Shown one piece after another: positions 1 to 9,219 of a stretch of DNA of 64,000 nucleotides. Made by a program: the position numbers and the translations under genes. This DNA comes from Kiritimatiellia bacterium. GTDB taxonomy: Bacteria > Verrucomicrobiota > Kiritimatiellia > RFP12 > UBA1067. The notes under the pieces are model-generated. The model was not told the origin of the DNA. It did no database searches and saw nothing but the letters and a program-made list of their open reading frames with translations. Every line of letters begins with the position of its first letter. Position 1 is the stretch's first letter. The DNA is taken from positions 13,155 to 77,154 of the forward strand of contig JBJEWF010000020.1 of NCBI GenBank assembly GCA_051884915.1, written 5' to 3'.

Positions 1-539
1 AAGCGCGCCACCCGGTGGAAGACCGTCTTCGTCTTCAGTCCGATCCGTTCGGCGCACTCGATATAGCCGAAAGCCGTGGCCGGATAATCCGGCACCAGCC
101 CCATCGTGACGATCGCATCGGTCCGCCGCGCGGCCGCAATCGCATCGCGGAGCGTCCGCCTGAAGACCCGCGGCGGATCCATCAGCTGGTCGGCCGTCAG
201 GATGCAGCCCACGGCATCCGGCCCGCCGAGTTTCGCGACCAGGCCGCAGGCGCACGCCACGGCGGCCGCCGTATCGCGCCGGCACGGTTCGCCCACGATG
301 TTGGCGCGGGCCAGCATCGGCAACGCGCGGCGCGTCTGCGGGACCAGCCTCTTCGCCGTGATCACGAGAACGTTTTCGGGCGGGATCAAGCCTTCAAGCC
401 GGTCGACCGCATGGCGGATCAGCGGCTTCCCGCCGAAGAGCGAGACGAACTGCTTCGGCCGGGCCGCCGTCGACATCGGCCAGAACCGTTCGCCATTTCC
501 TCCCGCGAGGATGACCGCGTAGGCGTGGGACATTTTCAT
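1..539 (-). CDS. manC: mannose-1-phosphate guanylyltransferase (3' end truncated by window edge)
   Basis: Not in the ORF track. Manual translation gives [31 protein letters not shown], the GMP-transferase N-terminal signature. The ATG overlaps the rmlB stop (ATGA). Confidence 0.9.
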   Translation of the reverse strand, partial: MKMSHAYAVILAGGNGERFWPMSTAARPKQFVSLFGGKPLIRHAVDRLEGLIPPENVLVITAKRLVPQTRRALPMLARANIVGEPCRRDTAAAVACACGLVAKLGGPDAVGCILTADQLMDPPRVFRRTLRDAIAAARRTDAIVTMGLVPDYPATAFGYIECAERIGLKTKTVFHRVAR

Positions 540-1645
540 CTGCCAACCCCCAGGCGCCGTCCCGCGTACGTCTTTTCGCGAATGGGCCCCCACCACCATT
601 TGCCGTCCAGATACCACTGGACGGTCTTGCGGATGCCCGTTTCGAAATCCTCACGCGGCCGCCAGCCCAATTCGCCCATCAGCTTGGCGGGATCGATGGC
701 ATAGCGGAGATCGTGTCCGGGCCGGTCGGCGACGAAGGCGATCAAATCCAGATAGGACCCCGAAGCCCGGGGGCGCAACTCGTCCATGATACGGCAGATC
801 GTCTGGACGACTTCGAGATTCGTGCGTTCGTTGTGCCCGCCCACATTGTAGGTTTCGCCCGGCACGCCCTTCTCGTTCACCAGCAGCAGCGCGCGGACAT
901 GGTCGTCGACATAGAGCCAGTCGCGGACGTTCGCCCCTTTGCCGTAGACGGGCAGCGGCTTGCCGTCAAGGCAATTGAGAATGACCAGCGGAATCAGCTT
1001 CTCCGGGAAATGGTAGGGCCCGTAGTTGTTCGAGCAATTCGTCATCAGCGTTGGCAGGCCATAGGTGTCATGCCAGGCCCGCACGAGATGGTCGCTCGCC
1101 GCCTTCGAAGCCGAATAGGGCGAATGCGGCGCATAGGGCGTCGTCTCGGTGAAGAAGCCCGTCGCGCCGAGCGAGCCGTAGACTTCATCCGTGCTGACAT
1201 GCTGGAAGCGGAACGCCGCCCGGCCGGATTCGGGAAGCGTCCGCCAGTATTTCAGCGCCGCCTGGAGAAGCGTCGCCGTGCCCGTCACGTTCGTCCGGAT
1301 GAACGCGCCCGGCCCGTCGATCGAGCGGTCGACGTGCGACTCCGCCGCCAGGTGGAAGACCGTGTCGGGCCTGAAGCCGGCAAAAGCCCGGTCCATCGTC
1401 TCCTGCTCGCAGATGTCCGCCTTGAGAAACTTCAGCCGCCCCGGCGCCGCCAGATCCAGCGCGTCGATCGGCCGGACGTCCCGCAGCGGATCAAGCCCGA
1501 CTTCCCGCAGCGATTCGGGGACGCCCGCATAGGTCAATTTGTCGACGACCAGGATGGTCGCCTCCGTTTCCCTCATCAGCAGACGCACCAGCGCGGATCC
1601 GATAAAACCCGCGGCTCCCGTCACCATGCACCGTTTGCCAAACAT
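536..1645 (-). CDS. rmlB: dTDP-glucose 4,6-dehydratase
   Basis: [50 protein letters not shown] motifs. Confidence 0.97.
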   Translation of the reverse strand: MFGKRCMVTGAAGFIGSALVRLLMRETEATILVVDKLTYAGVPESLREVGLDPLRDVRPIDALDLAAPGRLKFLKADICEQETMDRAFAGFRPDTVFHLAAESHVDRSIDGPGAFIRTNVTGTATLLQAALKYWRTLPESGRAAFRFQHVSTDEVYGSLGATGFFTETTPYAPHSPYSASKAASDHLVRAWHDTYGLPTLMTNCSNNYGPYHFPEKLIPLVILNCLDGKPLPVYGKGANVRDWLYVDDHVRALLLVNEKGVPGETYNVGGHNERTNLEVVQTICRIMDELRPRASGSYLDLIAFVADRPGHDLRYAIDPAKLMGELGWRPREDFETGIRKTVQWYLDGKWWWGPIREKTYAGRRLGVGR

Positions 1646-1708
1646 GCCCCAGATCCTCCCTTGGTTCCGACTTGCCCCGCGCCGCCGACGGGCAGGACGA
1701 CGTTCAGA

Positions 1709-2539
1709 TCAGCCTTCCGTCGGCAGCCCCCACGCGTCAAGTTTCCGCCGGATCCAGTCGAAGGAGGCCCCGTGCATCTCCTTGGACGTCCCCTGCAGGA
1801 CGGGACCGCACGCGACGCGGATGTCCTTGGCCGGATCCACCGGACCAAAATCCTTCAGCCATCCCTTGCCCCCCGGCCGCGTCGGCTGGATGTCCGTCTT
1901 CACGGCAATCGGGACGACGGGCACGCCGGTCTTCTCCGCCAGTTTGGCGCCAATGGAACTCCAGCCCTTCCGCGCGAAGACGCTCTGGCGCGTCCCCTGC
2001 GCGAAAATGAGAAAACTCTCCCCCCGGGCGATCCGCTCCCCGCCGACTTTGAAGACGGTCATCAGGTCTTCCCGGGGATTCGTGCGCCCGATCGGGACCA
2101 GCCCCATGTGCACCGCCGCGCGCGTCAGGCCCGGCAGATGCGAGAGCGACGCCTTGACCACGGTGTTGAACGGCCCGTAGGTCAGCAGGAAAAACGGCAG
2201 GAGAATCGTCTCCAGCGTCGACATGTGATTCGCAAGATACACCACGGGCCCCTCGTGGTTCTTCCGGTTCTCCCAGCCCTCCGCCAGAACCTTCGTTCCG
2301 TATGCCTCCGCCTTGCGCACCGTTTCAAAGCAGTAATGCGCCCACCGGTCCGTTGTCAGATAGCCGCACATTTCCGCAATGCCCGTTTTCGGGAAAACGC
2401 TCAGGACGCTCCACGTGAACCCCGCCGTCGTCAACCACCCCGGCCGGCGGGGCCGGACGGCCATCCGTTCCGCCGGCGACGCATACGATCCGGTCCGCAA
2501 CAGTTCCTCGCGGAACATCTCCAATGTCGTTCTCGTCAT
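1709..2539 (-). CDS. lysophospholipid acyltransferase family protein (PlsC-like)
   Basis: C-terminal part of ORF 1709..3436; ATG at 2539 is preceded by AGGAGG. Motifs ANHMSTLE, IFAQGTR, GVPVVPIA. Confidence 0.8.
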   Translation of the reverse strand: MTRTTLEMFREELLRTGSYASPAERMAVRPRRPGWLTTAGFTWSVLSVFPKTGIAEMCGYLTTDRWAHYCFETVRKAEAYGTKVLAEGWENRKNHEGPVVYLANHMSTLETILLPFFLLTYGPFNTVVKASLSHLPGLTRAAVHMGLVPIGRTNPREDLMTVFKVGGERIARGESFLIFAQGTRQSVFARKGWSSIGAKLAEKTGVPVVPIAVKTDIQPTRPGGKGWLKDFGPVDPAKDIRVACGPVLQGTSKEMHGASFDWIRRKLDAWGLPTEG

Positions 2540-2565
2540 CTTGTCCTCCTTCCCGGGTTCCCCGC

Positions 2566-3465
2566 CTACTCCTGCGGCGGTTCGGCCTCCGGCGGCGGCG
2601 CGGCGTCCGGCGGCGGTTCGGCTTCCGGCGGCTGGTCCTGCCGCTGCTGTTCGCGGGCTTCCCGCTGGCGGCGCAATTCCTCCCGGATCTGCAGCAGCGC
2701 CTCGCGCTGCTGTTCGCGCTCGGCGGCGGCCTGTTCGCGGGCCTTCTTCTCCTCGGCCGCGGCGGCCGCCTGGCGGGCCTTCTCTTCGGCCGCGTTCGCT
2801 TCGCGCAACTGGCGCCGGGCCCGCAGATTGGCCAACGCCGTCCCCGGCGCGACGTGTTCGCCGGCGTCCGGACGGCCGTCCCCGCCCGTGCGTTTCGCGG
2901 CGGCCGTCCCCGGCGGCGCGCCTCTCCGCTTGGCGCCTTTCGCGTCGCCGCCCGCCGTTTCGCCCAGTTTCAGCGTGGCCTCGACGCCCTCCCTGTTCAC
3001 CAGGACAACCGTCATCTCCCGCGCGTCGGCCTCCTTGACCGTCCAGCCGTCGCGGCTTTCGCCCACCTTCAGATAGTAGTTGGCCGAAGGCTGGCGGGAG
3101 GAATCGGTGAACCCCACGGCGATCTTCCCGGAGGGCGTGACGTTCAGCACCGACACGCGGACGGCGGACACGATCTTCTGCTCTTCCTCCGAACGCTGCT
3201 GCTCGTCCATTCCGCCTTCGCCCCCGGCGCCGCCCTTCGGCGCGCTTCCCGGCGGCGCGTCGGGATTGAACCCGGCCGGTTCCGGCCCGAACGGCATGCG
3301 GTCGGTGATGGTCTTGTAGCGCTCGAAGGCGGGATCGGCCGGCGCCGGCGCGGAGGCGTCCGGCGCGGACTCCCCGGGGCGGGCCGGCGCGGAGGCGTCC
3401 GCCGCCGCCGCCCCCGTCATGCAGCAGCATGCGCAAACCGCCAGATGGCGAATGAAACCGTTCAT
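2566..3465 (-). CDS. secreted hypothetical protein, possible GspC/PilP-like beta domain plus coiled coil
   Basis: Start MNGFIRHLAVCACC, with ATGA overlap on the upstream stop. Signal-like N-terminus, YYLKVGESRDGWTVKEAD segment, Ala/Glu/Gln coiled coil, Pro-rich tail. Confidence 0.6.
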   Translation of the reverse strand: MNGFIRHLAVCACCCMTGAAAADASAPARPGESAPDASAPAPADPAFERYKTITDRMPFGPEPAGFNPDAPPGSAPKGGAGGEGGMDEQQRSEEEQKIVSAVRVSVLNVTPSGKIAVGFTDSSRQPSANYYLKVGESRDGWTVKEADAREMTVVLVNREGVEATLKLGETAGGDAKGAKRRGAPPGTAAAKRTGGDGRPDAGEHVAPGTALANLRARRQLREANAAEEKARQAAAAAEEKKAREQAAAEREQQREALLQIREELRRQREAREQQRQDQPPEAEPPPDAAPPPEAEPPQE

Positions 3466-4268
3466 GTCGTCTCCTTCATCATGTCTCCCGATATGCAGAC
3501 CGTCCCGCCGCATGACAGTCCGCCACGTCTCCATTGTACTTCTTTCGGCCCGCTCTGTCCATGCCCGAGATGAAAGACGAGACAGCTGCAGGCGGGCGGA
3601 AAGAAATCGGACCGGTCGCAGACGAAGCCGCACGCCGCCGCCAGCGCCTGGAATTCCGCCGCCGTCCGGGTCCGCGCGATTGACGTGCGCAAGTAGGCGT
3701 AGTCCGCTTTCGCCTTTCGGGCGAATACTGGCGCGAGGAAACGCAGCCACAGGGACGTCGCGCCGCCGAGAACGCGCGACGGGGAGCGGAACAGTTCCAA
3801 TACGACCAGAACGCCGCCCGGCGCCAGCACGCGGGCCGCCTCCTTCAGCGCGCGCTCCTGATCCGGAAAGTTCCGGAAGCCGAACGCGCAGAGGACCGCG
3901 TCGAACCGGTTGGCGGGGAAATCCAGCGCCAGCGCGTTCCCTTCCCGCAGCGCGATCCGGCCGGACAGTCCCGCACGGGCGACTTTCGCCCGTGCGATCT
4001 CCAGCATGGCCGGCGTCAGGTCGACGCCCGTCACGTCGGCCGCGGGGAAGCGACGGGCCGCCGCCAGCGCCAAGTCGGCCGTGCCGGTCGCCAGATCCAG
4101 GATCCTCTCCGGCGCCGTCTCCAGCCGCTCCAGCGCGCGACGGCGCCAGAGGACGTCGACGCCCAGAGTCAGAACGCGGTTCAGCCGATCGTAGATCCCC
4201 GCGATGCGCGTAAACAGCGACCGGACGGCCGCGGGCGGGGGCTGCGAATTTCTAGACCGCGGGCGCAT
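3462..4268 (-). CDS. menG: UbiE/MenG family quinone biosynthesis methyltransferase
   Basis: YDRLNRVLTLGVD..WRR, ILDLATGTAD, FGFRNF, RVLAPGG motifs. Confidence 0.85.
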   Translation of the reverse strand: MRPRSRNSQPPPAAVRSLFTRIAGIYDRLNRVLTLGVDVLWRRRALERLETAPERILDLATGTADLALAAARRFPAADVTGVDLTPAMLEIARAKVARAGLSGRIALREGNALALDFPANRFDAVLCAFGFRNFPDQERALKEAARVLAPGGVLVVLELFRSPSRVLGGATSLWLRFLAPVFARKAKADYAYLRTSIARTRTAAEFQALAAACGFVCDRSDFFPPACSCLVFHLGHGQSGPKEVQWRRGGLSCGGTVCISGDMMKETT

Positions 4269-5124
4269 AGAGCTTGAGATACCAGTTCAGAATCGCCGGC
4301 CCCCAATACATCCAGAGCAGCACGCCGATTGCCAGGAACGGCCCGTAGGGAACGGCCGTGAAGCCGCCCAGCCGGGCGCGCCCGCGCAGAATCAGCAACC
4401 CGCCGGCACACGCCCCCACGAACGACGAGACGACAATCGTGAACAGCACCGCCCACGGCCCGAAGAACGCCCCCACGCCGCCGATGAGCTTCACGTCGCC
4501 GAACCCCATGGCCTCTTTCCTGAAGATTTTCGAGAACACCCAGCCGACGCCCCACAGGAAGAAAAAGCCGAAGGCGAGTCCGCCCAACGACCGGTACAGC
4601 GCCTGCAGAGGCTCCGTCTGTCCCTGCAGTTCGGGGACGAGACAGCTGAGCGGCAGCCCCAGCACCATGCCGCCGATGGTCACGCGATCGGGGATCCACT
4701 GGTGCTCCAGGTCGATGAAAGACCCCAGGATCAGCCCCGCCGCCACCAGCCAGTAGACGCCCACCGTCCAGAGCGTGCGGAGCGGCACCAGGCCCAGCGC
4801 GGGGGCGCCGCCGAGGAAAAAGGGCATCGCCCATTGCAGATAGGCCAGCAGGAACAGGACGCCGCCGAGCAGTTCGACGATCGTGTAGCGCACGGAAATC
4901 GGTTCGCGGCAGTTGGCGCAACGCCCGCGCAGCGCGCACCAGCTGACAATCGGGATGTTCTGGTACCATTTGATCGCCGCGTGGCATCTGGGGCAGTGCG
5001 AGGGCGGCCAGACCACCGATTCGTCGCGGGGGATGCGCCAGATGCAGACGTTCATGAAACTCCCGATGCAGCATCCCAGCGCGAACGAGTAGCAGGCGAA
5101 GACGCCGAAATAGTACACGTCCAT
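4252..5124 (-). CDS. pilD: prepilin peptidase / N-methyltransferase
   Basis: GSFMNVCIWRIP, SHCPRC, GRCANC, FIDLEH, MGFGDVKL, PYGPFL. Confidence 0.95.
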   Translation of the reverse strand: MDVYYFGVFACYSFALGCCIGSFMNVCIWRIPRDESVVWPPSHCPRCHAAIKWYQNIPIVSWCALRGRCANCREPISVRYTIVELLGGVLFLLAYLQWAMPFFLGGAPALGLVPLRTLWTVGVYWLVAAGLILGSFIDLEHQWIPDRVTIGGMVLGLPLSCLVPELQGQTEPLQALYRSLGGLAFGFFFLWGVGWVFSKIFRKEAMGFGDVKLIGGVGAFFGPWAVLFTIVVSSFVGACAGGLLILRGRARLGGFTAVPYGPFLAIGVLLWMYWGPAILNWYLKLYAPAV

Positions 5125-7925
5125 CAGTGGGCCTCCAGCCAGTTCCGTCCCGCGCCAACCGAAACCTCCAGCGGCACGCCGAAATCCATCGCCTGCTCCA
5201 TCTCGCGCGTCACGATGTCCCTGACGCGATCCACCTCTTCCACGGGCACGTCGAACAGCAGTTCGTCATGGATCTGCAGGATCATCTGCGCGTTCAGTCC
5301 GGCCCTTTTCAGGGCCCGGTCGACCTTGACCATCGCCAGCTTGATCAAATCCGCCGCCGTGCCCTGGATGGGCGTGTTGATGGCGTCGCGCTCGGCGCTC
5401 TGGCGCACCGTCGCGTTGCGCGAATTGATGTCCCGCAGCGTCCGCCGGCGGCCAAGCGCCGTTGCGGCATAGCCCGTCTCCCGCGCCCGGGCGATGGCGG
5501 AATCCATGAAGGCGCGGATCCGGGGATAGAGCCTGAAGTAGGAGTCGATCAGTTCCGCCGCTTCCTTGCGCGGGCAGTGGAGGCGCTGGGCCAGGCCGAA
5601 GGCCGAGATGCCGTAGATGATTCCGAAATTGACCATCTTGCATCTCGACCGCATTTCGGGCGTGACCAGTTCCGGGCTCACGCCGTAGACCCGGGCGGCC
5701 GTTTCGCGATGGATGTCCGCGCCCCGGGCAAAGGCCGCGCGCATGGACTCGTCCCCGCTCATCGCCGCCATCAGCCGCAGCTCGATCTGCGAATAGTCGG
5801 CCGAAACGAGGCGGTGGTTCCCGTCCCGCGCCATAATCGCCGCCCGGATGAATCTGCCGCGTTCCGTGCGAATCGGAATGTTCTGGAGATTCGGTTCGGC
5901 CGAAGACAGGCGGCCCGTTTCCGTCAAGGCCTGCGAGAAGGTAGTGTGGACGCGGCCGTCGTGCGGATCGATGCAGAGCGGCAGCTTGTCCACATAGGTC
6001 GACTTCAGTTTCGTGCAGGCGCGGTAGTCGAGAACCTTCTGGACGACGGGATGGGCGTCCAGCAGCTTGACCAGCGTCTTCTCGTCCGTCGAGAACTGCC
6101 CCGTCTGCGTCTTCTTCACGCCCTCCGGTTCGAGGCCCAATTTGCCGAAGAGGAACCGGCCGAGCTGCCGGGGCGAATCAAGATTGATCTCGGCGCCGGC
6201 GACCGCCTTGATTTCGGCCGCGAGGCCCACGATCTCACGGTCCAGCTCCGTCCCGTATTGCCGCAGCGCGGCCACGTCGATCTGGACGCCCGCCCGTTCC
6301 ATCTCGGACAGGATGGCCACAAGCGGCTCCTCGCTCTCCTCCAGGGCCCGCGGCGCGATCTCCAGCGCCCGCGGACGCAGAATCGCATCCAGGCGAAGCG
6401 CGACGTCCGCATCCTCGGCCGCGTAGTCCAGAATCTTCCCGGGCTCGATGTCGCCCATCGTCAACTGCGGTTCGCCGCGCTTCTTCTCGCCAACCACGTC
6501 TTCGTAGTGGATGGGATCGTACCGGAGATATTCCCGGGCCAGGGCGTCCAGCCCGTGCCGCGCGGCGGCGTCCATGACGTAGTGCTCCAGCATCGTGTCG
6601 TGGACCGTGGACCCGAAGACAATGCCGTAGCGCGAAAGGACCGTCATGTCGTATTTCGCATTCTGGGCAATCAGGATTTTGGCGGGATCGGCAAACGCCT
6701 TCGCGAAGATGCCGACGCGCGCGTTCGGATCGCCCGTCGGGCGGATGGACGCGGCGGAGGAGCCGCCCACGAACAGGTCGTCGCCAAACAGACTGGACTG
6801 GACGGCGGCGGGCTGCCGGGGAACGACGACATACCAGGCTTTTCCCGGTTCCGTCGCAAACGACAGGCCGACCAGTTCCACCGTCCGGGCGTCGATGCCC
6901 GTCGTCTCCGTATCGAAGGCAAAGCGCGGCGCCGCCTCAAGGATGCGCGCCAATTCGCGCGCCTCCGCGTCCGTCGAAACCAGCCGGTAGTCGTGCGGGA
7001 CGTCGGCCAGGCGCCGGTAGTTCGCGTCCGGCAGGGCCGAAGCCGCCATGCCGCCGCCGACGCCCAGCCGCCTGGCAAGCTGCGTCAGTTCAAACCGGGC
7101 GCAGACGGCGGCGAGTTTTCCCTCGTCGGGCGCGACGCGCCGGAAGCTCTCGAAGTCGACGTCCAGCGGAACATCCGTCCGGATCGTCGTCAGGAACTTG
7201 GAGATCCTGGCGTCCTCGGCGCCGGCGGCGACCTTCTCCGCCAGTTTCCCCTTCAACTCCCCGGCGTGTTCGAGAATGCCCTCCACCGTTCCGTACTGGG
7301 CCAGCAGCGACAGGGCCGTCTTCTCCCCCACCCCCCTGATGCCGGGAATGTTGTCCGCCGCATCGCCGGCCAGCGCCAGCAAATCGACCATCTGCCGCGG
7401 CGAGGCGAGGCCCCAATGCTCTTTCACCGCCTCCGCGTCGTAGATGGCGGGGCCCTCCTTGCCGTGGCCGGGCCGGAACAGGCGGATGTTCGGCGCCACC
7501 AGCTGCGCCGCGTCCTTGTCGGGCGTCGCCAGATAGACGTCGAATCCCGCCGCGGCGGCCTTGACGGCCAGGGTGCCCATCACGTCGTCGGCCTCGAAGC
7601 CGTCTTTGCGGACGACGGGCAGCCGAAGGGCCTCCGCCAGTTCAAACGCATAGGGGACGTTCGCGGCAAGATCCTCCGGCATCTTCTCGCGCTGGGCCTT
7701 GTACGCGGGGAACGCCTCGTGGCGGAACGTCGGACCGCCCGGGTCCATCGCCAGAACCGCGTATCCCGGCTTGTAGTCGGCGAGAATCGACGTGACGCCG
7801 TTGGCGAATCCGATCAGCGCCGACGTGTTGAGGCCTGTCGACGTCATGCGCGGATTCCGCAAAAAAACAAAATGCCCTTTGTAGAGAAAGGGCATCAGGT
7901 CGATGATGAAGAATTTTTCAGCCAT
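5124..7925 (-). CDS. polA: DNA polymerase I (5'-3' exo, 3'-5' exo and polymerase domains)
   Basis: FEADD, DNIPG, FDTETT, YAAED, TGRLSS, ADYSQIELR, IHDELLF. Confidence 0.98.
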   Translation of the reverse strand: MAEKFFIIDLMPFLYKGHFVFLRNPRMTSTGLNTSALIGFANGVTSILADYKPGYAVLAMDPGGPTFRHEAFPAYKAQREKMPEDLAANVPYAFELAEALRLPVVRKDGFEADDVMGTLAVKAAAAGFDVYLATPDKDAAQLVAPNIRLFRPGHGKEGPAIYDAEAVKEHWGLASPRQMVDLLALAGDAADNIPGIRGVGEKTALSLLAQYGTVEGILEHAGELKGKLAEKVAAGAEDARISKFLTTIRTDVPLDVDFESFRRVAPDEGKLAAVCARFELTQLARRLGVGGGMAASALPDANYRRLADVPHDYRLVSTDAEARELARILEAAPRFAFDTETTGIDARTVELVGLSFATEPGKAWYVVVPRQPAAVQSSLFGDDLFVGGSSAASIRPTGDPNARVGIFAKAFADPAKILIAQNAKYDMTVLSRYGIVFGSTVHDTMLEHYVMDAAARHGLDALAREYLRYDPIHYEDVVGEKKRGEPQLTMGDIEPGKILDYAAEDADVALRLDAILRPRALEIAPRALEESEEPLVAILSEMERAGVQIDVAALRQYGTELDREIVGLAAEIKAVAGAEINLDSPRQLGRFLFGKLGLEPEGVKKTQTGQFSTDEKTLVKLLDAHPVVQKVLDYRACTKLKSTYVDKLPLCIDPHDGRVHTTFSQALTETGRLSSAEPNLQNIPIRTERGRFIRAAIMARDGNHRLVSADYSQIELRLMAAMSGDESMRAAFARGADIHRETAARVYGVSPELVTPEMRSRCKMVNFGIIYGISAFGLAQRLHCPRKEAAELIDSYFRLYPRIRAFMDSAIARARETGYAATALGRRRTLRDINSRNATVRQSAERDAINTPIQGTAADLIKLAMVKVDRALKRAGLNAQMILQIHDELLFDVPVEEVDRVRDIVTREMEQAMDFGVPLEVSVGAGRNWLEAH

Positions 7926-9213
7926 TCATGCTCTCCGCGCCCGCGCCGAGCGAAACAAGGGTTGGAACAAATTCCGGGAACGACTCGTCCAGAATCTCCG
8001 CGCCCGCGACGGACACCGGCGCCTTCAGCCCGCAGAGCGCCATCGACATGGCAAGCCGGTGGTCGCCATTGGCGCGTGCCGTTCCTCCCGTGAGCGTTCC
8101 GCCATGAACGGCAAATCCGTCGTCGAACTCGTCGACCTCCGTCCCGAGGGCGCGAAGCTGCGCGACGATGGCCGCGATCCGGTCCGTTTCCTTGTAGCGG
8201 AGCTCCCGGGCTTCGCGCACGACGGTCGTGCCCTCGGCAAAAGCCGCGACGGCGGCGATCGCCGGCAATTCGTCAATCGACCGGACCACCAGGCCGCCCC
8301 TGATTTCGGTCGCCTTCAGGGGGGCGGCTTCAAGCGCGACGTCGGCGACCGGCTCGCCGCATTCTTCGCGCCCGTTCGCGCACGTGACGTTCGCGCCCAT
8401 GGCCTTCAGGACGTCCAGAATGCCCGTGCGCGTTTCGTTCACGCCCACCCCGGCGACCACGATGCGGCTCCCCGGCACCAGCGCGGCGGCGCACAGCAGG
8501 AACGCCGCCGACGAGATGTCGCCCGCCAGCGTCCCGTCCAACGGCGACAGCGGCCGCGACAGCGGCCTGACGCGCGTCGTCCAGCCGTCCGACGCGATGT
8601 CGGCGCCCATCGCCGTCAGCATCCGGACGGTATGGTCGCGCACGGGGCCGGGAACCGTGAACCGGCATTCCGCAGACGCGCCCAAAGCGGCAATCTGGAG
8701 ACAGCTCAGGACCTGGGCGGACGCCACGGGAACGTCGTACGAAAGGCCTCCCAGCGCATGCCGCCCGAATTCAAGCGGCGCGCAGCCGTTCCGCGTTCGC
8801 ACGACCGCGCCCATCCGCGCCAGCGGATCGGCAATGCGGCCCATCGGGCGTTTCCGCAAACCCTCGCTTCCGTCCAGCGTGCAGGCCGTTCCCGTGCCGG
8901 CCACGGCGCCGGCGAGCAGGCGGATCGTCGTGGCGGAGTTGCCGCAATGGGCGACGCAGGCCGATCCCGGAAAGGGCCGATAGCCGTTTCCCCGGATTCT
9001 GAGGACGCCGTTTTCGAGCGTCGACCCGACGCCCAGGGAAGACAGCGCGCCCCGCATGGCCCGCGTGACGCCGCTGTCGGGATACCGGCGGACGGTCGAC
9101 TCGCCCTCGGCCAGGGCGGCGAACAGCGCGGCCCGATGGGCCAGCGATTTGTCCCCCGGCACGGAAACGCGTCCCTTCAGCGGGGCCGTTGCGGGAGTCA
9201 GGCGCAGATCCAT
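7918..9213 (-). CDS. aroA: 3-phosphoshikimate 1-carboxyvinyltransferase
   Basis: PGDKSLAHRA, CGNSATTIRL, ASAQV, RDHT, GDISSA, ELRYKETDRI, DHRLAM. Confidence 0.96.
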   Translation of the reverse strand: MDLRLTPATAPLKGRVSVPGDKSLAHRAALFAALAEGESTVRRYPDSGVTRAMRGALSSLGVGSTLENGVLRIRGNGYRPFPGSACVAHCGNSATTIRLLAGAVAGTGTACTLDGSEGLRKRPMGRIADPLARMGAVVRTRNGCAPLEFGRHALGGLSYDVPVASAQVLSCLQIAALGASAECRFTVPGPVRDHTVRMLTAMGADIASDGWTTRVRPLSRPLSPLDGTLAGDISSAAFLLCAAALVPGSRIVVAGVGVNETRTGILDVLKAMGANVTCANGREECGEPVADVALEAAPLKATEIRGGLVVRSIDELPAIAAVAAFAEGTTVVREARELRYKETDRIAAIVAQLRALGTEVDEFDDGFAVHGGTLTGGTARANGDHRLAMSMALCGLKAPVSVAGAEILDESFPEFVPTLVSLGAGAESMNG

Positions 9214-9219
9214 AGCCGG

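Noticed and set aside
2574-2632. Short direct repeats in the 2566..3465 gene (also about 3343-3401)
   Set aside because: They encode PPEAEPP and DASAPA low-complexity linkers, not mobile-element ends.
5127-8093. Very long plus-strand ORFs (also 22527..26414, 26593..29772, 35262..39308, 57875..61471)
   Set aside because: They are antisense shadows of well-supported minus-strand genes in high-GC DNA; the Arg/Gly/Ala-rich translations have no motifs.
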